Shown here: in pieces, positions 52,905-58,647 of the stretch
How positions within the stretch are numbered: the stretch's first letter is position 1
Layout of the letters: each line of letters starts with the position of its first letter
Assembly (NCBI RefSeq): GCF_006345805.1
Contig: NW_021834186.1
Location: forward strand, 1-58,647
Length of the DNA: 58,647 nt
Reading direction: 5' to 3'
Origin: Octopus sinensis
Lineage: Eukaryota
Notes under the pieces: generated by a model
Database searches by the model: none
What the model saw: the letters and a program-made list of their open reading frames with translations, nothing else
What the model was told of the DNA's origin: nothing
Made by a program: the position numbers and the translations under genes

Positions 52905-53062
52905 ATTTTCTTTATTTTTCTTCCTGTTTCTTTCTGTGTTCCTTTCTGTGAAAGAGCGTAGGCTCGAAACATTAAAGACTATTTCACTTCCCGAGCGTTA
53001 AACTAATACATCTGTTTGTTGTCTACACCACCTGTCTTCGTCTGTATTTTTGTGAACCCCCC
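52905..53062 (+). mobile_element. Short repeat resembling a Penelope-like terminal segment; inverted copy at ~57170-57325
   Basis: Two homologous copies; contains gagc-gtag-gctc-gaaac hammerhead-like motif. Penelope assignment is inference. Confidence 0.5.
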
Positions 53063-53085
53063 ATATATATATATATATATATATA

Positions 53086-53454
53086 TCTATATATATAAAC
53101 GGCAGTTTGTCTGTGTGTGTTTCTGTGTGTCTGTTATGTTGTACCCTCACCCTGACCACGGCTTTCAACTGATTCTGATGAAACTTGACACACACATAGC
53201 CCAATGTCATAATTCAAAACTAACGCAGCGAAAATTTTGAAAAGTTCCCCCAGTTCTGAAAAAAATCGATAAATTCGACATGGGGTCGAGAATCAGAAAC
53301 ACAAACCACAGACTGTCTAGGGGACGCAACTCGGCCTTTTTAACTAAAAAAAAATTTACCATCATTTTTTTTCCATTTTTTGGCTATAACTCTCTAAAAA
53401 TGCTTTATAGTTATTTCCCTTACAAACCCGAGCAACGCCGGGCGATACTGCTAG
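53086..53454 (+). mobile_element. Non-autonomous Helitron (369 bp)
   Basis: 5' TCTATATATATAAAC; 3' hairpin cccgagcaacgccggg (53427-53442) then CTAG (53451-53454); sits between A and T. Confidence 0.88.
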
Positions 53455-53473
53455 TATATATATATATACATGT

Positions 53474-53701
53474 TCTTTTACTCTTTTACTTGTTTCAGTC
53501 TTTTGACTGTGGCCATGCTGGAGCACCGCCTTTAGTCGAGCAAATCGACCCCAGGACTTATTCTTCTTTCTAAGCCCAGTACTTATTCTATCGTTCTATT
53601 TTGCCGAACCGCTATATTTCGGCGATGTAAACACACCAGCATCGGTTGTTAAGCGATGTTGAGGGGACAAACGCAGACACTCAGATGCACACACACACAC
53701 A

Positions 53702-53740
<39 letters not shown>

Positions 53741-54139
53741 TATATACGACGGGCTTCTTTCAGTTTCCTATTTCTTTACTGCCCACAAGTGCCTACACGC
53801 AGAGGGTACAAACGGATTAAGTCGATTATATCGACTCCAGTGCGTAACTCGTACTTATTTAATCGACCCCGAAAGGATGAAAGGCAAAGTAGACCTCGGC
53901 GGAATTTGAACTCAGAACGTAGCGGCAGTAGAAATCCCTCTAAGCATTTCGCCCGGCGTGCTAACTTCTCTGCCAGCTCGCTGGCTTCTTTCAGTTTCTG
54001 TCTACCGAATCCACTCACAAGGCTGTGGTCAGCCCGAGGCTACAGTAGAAGACACTTGCCCAAGGTGCCACACAATGGTACTGAACCCGGAATCATGTGG
54101 TTGGTAAGCAAGTACTTACCACACCGCCGCTCCTGCACC
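53474..54139 (-). mobile_element. SINE family A interrupted by a SINE family B (53768-53982)
   Basis: 16-bp direct repeat ggcttctttcagtttc at 53752-53767 and 53983-53998. Confidence 0.92.
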
Positions 54140-54802
54140 TATGTATGTTTGCATATGCATGTAAATATCAGCGCGTGTGTGCGCCTAAGTTCGTAATTTA
54201 TTTGATCCGTTTATTTATGCGACTAGCATGCTATCTATTTATATGGCTACCGCTCAGTGTATGTTTGTGCGTTGGTTCATGCAAAAATATGGAATAACAG
54301 ACAGAAATAGGGAGGAGGGGGTCGTATTGTGTGATAATACCTGTTGATGCAAGCAACATGTAATGGAATGTGTATCTGGTGTCGCTGCAGTAGACTGGAT
54401 CGATAAGAATCGGGGCTGGTTGTTAGATGGGAGCTATATCAATCAGATAGTGGGGGGGGGTTGTTTTGGATTATGTATAGACATAGAGAGAGGGAAGGAC
54501 TGAATCTGCAGCATATATCCGAGGACTGGTGCTGTCTTAATGTTTGTTTCTCTGTGTCCTTTTTCTCTCTCCTTCCCCCCCCTCTCTCTCTGCATGTTTG
54601 ACAAGGCTTGCTTGTAGCTGCTGTTATTTAACCCCCGGAAAGTCTGTTCTCACCGAACACATCTTCAAACCGCAACGATCCCGTGGTCACGTTATCACGT
54701 AACATCATCTAACACGTCTCTTTCTAAAAACGGCGGGACGATGAAATTTAAGGGAGAATCGCTCACTATTTCTAGCGAATCAAGAACCCACACAGAGCCT
54801 CA

Positions 54803-55083
54803 TCACTGGCTCGGTGGGGAATACTGATGGTAACGGTGGTGCTGGTGATGATGATGGTGGTGGAGGGAGCGAAAGATGGTGGACATAACGACGTGGGCGT
54901 TGATAGTGATGGTGCTGGTAGTGGTGGTGGTGTTAGTGATGCCGTTACAACTAGTTACTACTACTACTACTACTAGAACTAGTAGTAGTAGTAGTAGAAG
55001 AAGAAGAAGAAAAAGAAATAGTAGTAGTAGTGGCAGCAGCATTAGACGTAATTTTTGTAGTAGTAGTAGTAGTATTTATTGCT

Positions 55084-55128
<45 letters not shown>

Positions 55129-55296
55129 ATATTTGTAGTAGTAGAAGTAGTAGTAGTAATATTTGTAGTAGCAGAAGTAGTAGCAGCAGTAGTAGTAGTA
55201 GTAGTATTAGCAGCAGCAGTAGCAGCAGCAACAGTAGTAGTAGTAGTAGTAGTAGTAGCAGCAGTAGCAGCAGCAACAGCGGTAGTAGTAGTAGTT

Positions 55297-55335
<39 letters not shown>

Positions 55336-55900
55336 AAGTGATATGGATGTGGTGGTGGTGGTGCTAGTGGTGTTAGTGGTACTGGTTGTAAAAGTCTCGG
55401 AAGCAGGGTAATAGTGGTGATGGTAGCAGTGATGGGGTGGGGAATGCTGTGGAATTCCCTATTCTCACATATAATTGCACATATAATCACCATCATCACT
55501 CAATCCACCTGTCCCCCTACCCACCCCCGCCACCTGCGTTTCCACCATCATCTCCCTCAGTTCTCTCCCATTTCTCCTTCTCCCTCTCTTTCTCCTTCTC
55601 CCGCTCCTTACTCTCCTTACAATAAGGCTCCTGTCTTATGAACTGTTGTCAAGAACTCTTCCTTCCGCTTCTCTTTCAATGTTGGTGACGAGGAGGAGGA
55701 GGAGGAGGCGATTGAAACGGAAATTATAGAGAAAGAGCAGAACGAGTCACTAGAAATATTGACTAGACGTGTGGGCGTTTTGATGAGAATGGTGGTGGCT
55801 GTGGTGGTGGTGGTGGTGGTGGTGGTGGTGGTGGTGGTGGTGGTGGTATTGGCGACGATGGTGGTACAGATGATGGTTAAATTAATGGCGAAGAATGATG
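54803..55900. repeat. (AGT/AGC)n and (GGT)n simple and cryptic repeats
   Basis: Directly visible; poly-S/T/V ORFs. Confidence 0.92.
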
Positions 55901-56354
55901 ATTTAGGGGGTGGGGGTAATATAATATTTGTTAAGCAGAACATCAAGGGCGGAGAGAGTGGGAGTTTCTTAATTGTACTGTACTTTATTTTTCCCCCTCC
56001 TTTTGGTATCGTTGAAAACAATGTTTATGTAATAAACATCTCTGTTTACGTTTGAAAGGTTATTTATGAACCAGAAGCTACTCTAATTAAAGGACTCAAG
56101 ACCAGAGTTAGAAGCTGAAAATAATTTTGTGAATTATGTTAATTTAAAAAAGATTCGTTACAGGTGGCCATCTGTTTCGTTCTGTACGAGCTTTTTACAC
56201 GCTTGAAAGCTTTTGGTATCAGTAATACTGCTAGAGGCAGTGTATATGTATGTATGTATGTTATGTATGTATGTATGTATGTATGTATGTATGTATGTAT
56301 GTATGTATGTATGTATGTATGTATGTATGTGCATATAGAGAGACAGGGAGAAAG

Positions 56355-56403
<49 letters not shown>

Positions 56404-56429
56404 TAGATAGATAGATAGATAGATAGATA

Positions 56430-56700
56430 ATTTATTTATGGGCCACACAGGGCTATACACAGAGGGGACAATTACAATGTAGGGTTTTTCTTTTCGAGGT
56501 GAGGGGGGGCAAAAAAAATAAGGACAACGATCAAAATGGATCGAAATCGTTGGGAGTATATGCAAAAAATGTCGAAATAGTACAAAAAGTTCCCAAGAAA
56601 TGGGAAGGTTTATCTATGGAAAGAAAAATCTACGAAAAGACCACAGTAACCTCGGGCAATTAGTCACATATTAACATTTATTTACAAATAAGTAACTCTC
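56430..56700 (-). mobile_element. Putative LINE 3' end
   Basis: Minus strand ends ttgtcccctctgtgtatagccctgtgtggcccataaataaat next to a (CTAT)n tract; homologous to the SINE B tail. No coding motif seen. Confidence 0.45.
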
Positions 56701-56785
56701 TGTATTAAATTTTTTTACGGTTCATAGGATCATGCTCAAGGTGGCTTCGCCATTCATTCGTGCCATCCTTGCTATAGATAGATAG

Positions 56786-56859
<74 letters not shown>

Positions 56860-57490
56860 TAGGGAGGCAGATAGGTAGACAGACAAACAAAAAGGTTGGT
56901 GACCAGAATGGATGGAGTTTTGACGAAATGAAAAACAGGACACTTAGCTGATTTAGATTGCTAAATAGTCATTTTCTTTTTACTGAAACACGTGGAGAAT
57001 GAAGCAGTTAAGTAATTTATCAACTCAACTGTCCCGGTCTACTTCCGTATGTATGTCACGCAATTTAAATCCTACTCTGTGCCCTCGGGCATATGGCGAT
57101 ATGGCGTAGTGGTTAAGAGCGCGGGCTACTTACCCCAAGATTCCGATATATATATATAGGCAGGGGTGGGTGGAATTCACAAAAAAAAAAAGAGGAAGAC
57201 AGGTGGTGTAGACAACAACCAGATGTATTAGTTTAACGCTCGGGAAGTGAAAAGTCTTTAACGTTTCGAGCTTACGCTCGTCCACAGGAAAGCAACACAG
57301 AAAGAAACAAGGAGAGAAAATAAAGTATGTGTAGTGGCTGGACGGTCATTTTTTTTCCTTGCCAAATGAACATACGTACTGTTTGGCAAAAAAAAAAAAG
57401 AAAAATAATAACTGTCCGAAATATAACAATATCTGTTTCAATACAGGATATCACATCAGAAATCTTGCAAAACAATACATAAACGCATAC

Positions 57491-57524
<34 letters not shown>

Positions 57525-58037
57525 ACACACACACCCACACACACAACACCACACACATAATATATATAATATATAATATATATATATATATATAAACACA
57601 TGCACACACACAGACACATATATACATACATGCAGAGACAGACAGATAGTCAGTGAGAGAGAGAGAGAGTCAGTGAGAGACAGACAATCAGTAAAAGACA
57701 GAGAGAGGCATATACATTCATACATGCATAAATAAATACAGCACCCACCACCACTAAAGCATCTTTACATTAATTCCGATCAACAATCCACTACCACCAC
57801 CAACACCGCCATAATCCCACCCCACCCCCCACTGAATAATCTTCCTCATTCCTCTACCAAGCATCCTTGAATATCATCCATTCACATTTTACACTGCAGC
57901 GACACCAGTGAGACATTCCAATACTTGTTGCTTGCATCAACAAGTATTTATCTAATCCTCCTGCACATCATTTTTGCCGTTAGATGAAATGAAACATATA
58001 AAAATTGCTTTTTATCTTCTTTTTTATCGTTTATATT

Positions 58038-58207
58038 TTTTCAGTCGTTGGACTGCGGCCATGCTGGAGCATCGACATCAAGGATTTTTTAGTCGAACGA
58101 ATCGACTCCCCCACTCGCGCAGTATTTAATTTTTTTTATTATTTTTTAAGCCTGTTACTTTTATTCTATCATATCAGTCTGTTTTGCTGAATCGTTAAGG
58201 TACGGGG
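58038..58207 (-). mobile_element. Degraded SINE family A-related 3' half
   Basis: tttcagtcgttggactgcggccatgctggagca...gtcgaacgaatcgac. Confidence 0.75.
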
Positions 58208-58437
58208 CGGGGTGGGCTAATGCAGTTTCGCACCTTTGAAAAATGCATTTTTAAAAAAAAGTTTTCTTCAAAGCTGGAGATTACGAATATGAAAAAAAAA
58301 ATTAAGCCCCCCTACCCACTACTCACCCCTCCCATTTAAAGTTTTGAACTTTTCCGAAATTTTTTCCCCTATGTTTTAGATGACGGAGAATCTGGATATG
58401 CAAGAAACTACGTTTTGAAAATTTAATTCAATAAGCA

Positions 58438-58456
58438 TATAGATAGGTATATAAGG

Positions 58457-58545
<89 letters not shown>

Positions 58546-58562
58546 CAGATAGACAGATAGAC

Positions 58563-58607
<45 letters not shown>

Positions 58608-58622
58608 GATAGATAGATAGAT
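58438..58622. repeat. (GATA/GACA)n microsatellite
   Basis: Directly visible. Confidence 0.97.
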
Positions 58623-58647
58623 ACAAATGGTGGTCTTCCTGGGCTAA

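Noticed and set aside
57100-57146. tRNA-like sequence ggcgtagtggttaagagcgcgggc
   Set aside because: Truncated before the T arm by (TA)n; a SINE head relic. Other tRNA-like stretches are SINE heads too.

Overview
Eukaryotic, gene-poor DNA (intergenic or intronic), very likely from an octopus. That assignment rests on recalled SINE families and the extreme microsatellite density, not on a database search. I found no intact protein-coding gene, rRNA, tRNA or CRISPR array; nearly every ORF in the track is a translated microsatellite. Supported content: decayed CR1-like, RTE (two different families), mariner, pogo/Tigger and Ty3/Gypsy coding fragments; about 40 copies or fragments of four tRNA-derived SINE families (called A-D here); two non-autonomous Helitrons with intact ends; a Helentron/HINE-like element; MITEs; and an unclassified ~555-bp element always embedded in (AAT)n. 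The region 18.4-42.8 kb is a mosaic of nested tandem and inverted duplications whose order can be read from empty versus filled insertion sites. The most unusual signal is a fixed-spacing bipartite motif, AGCGACAYCAG-N4-RCATTCC, found 13 times on both strands with six different spacers and often next to a hairpin. Boundaries of decayed elements are approximate.
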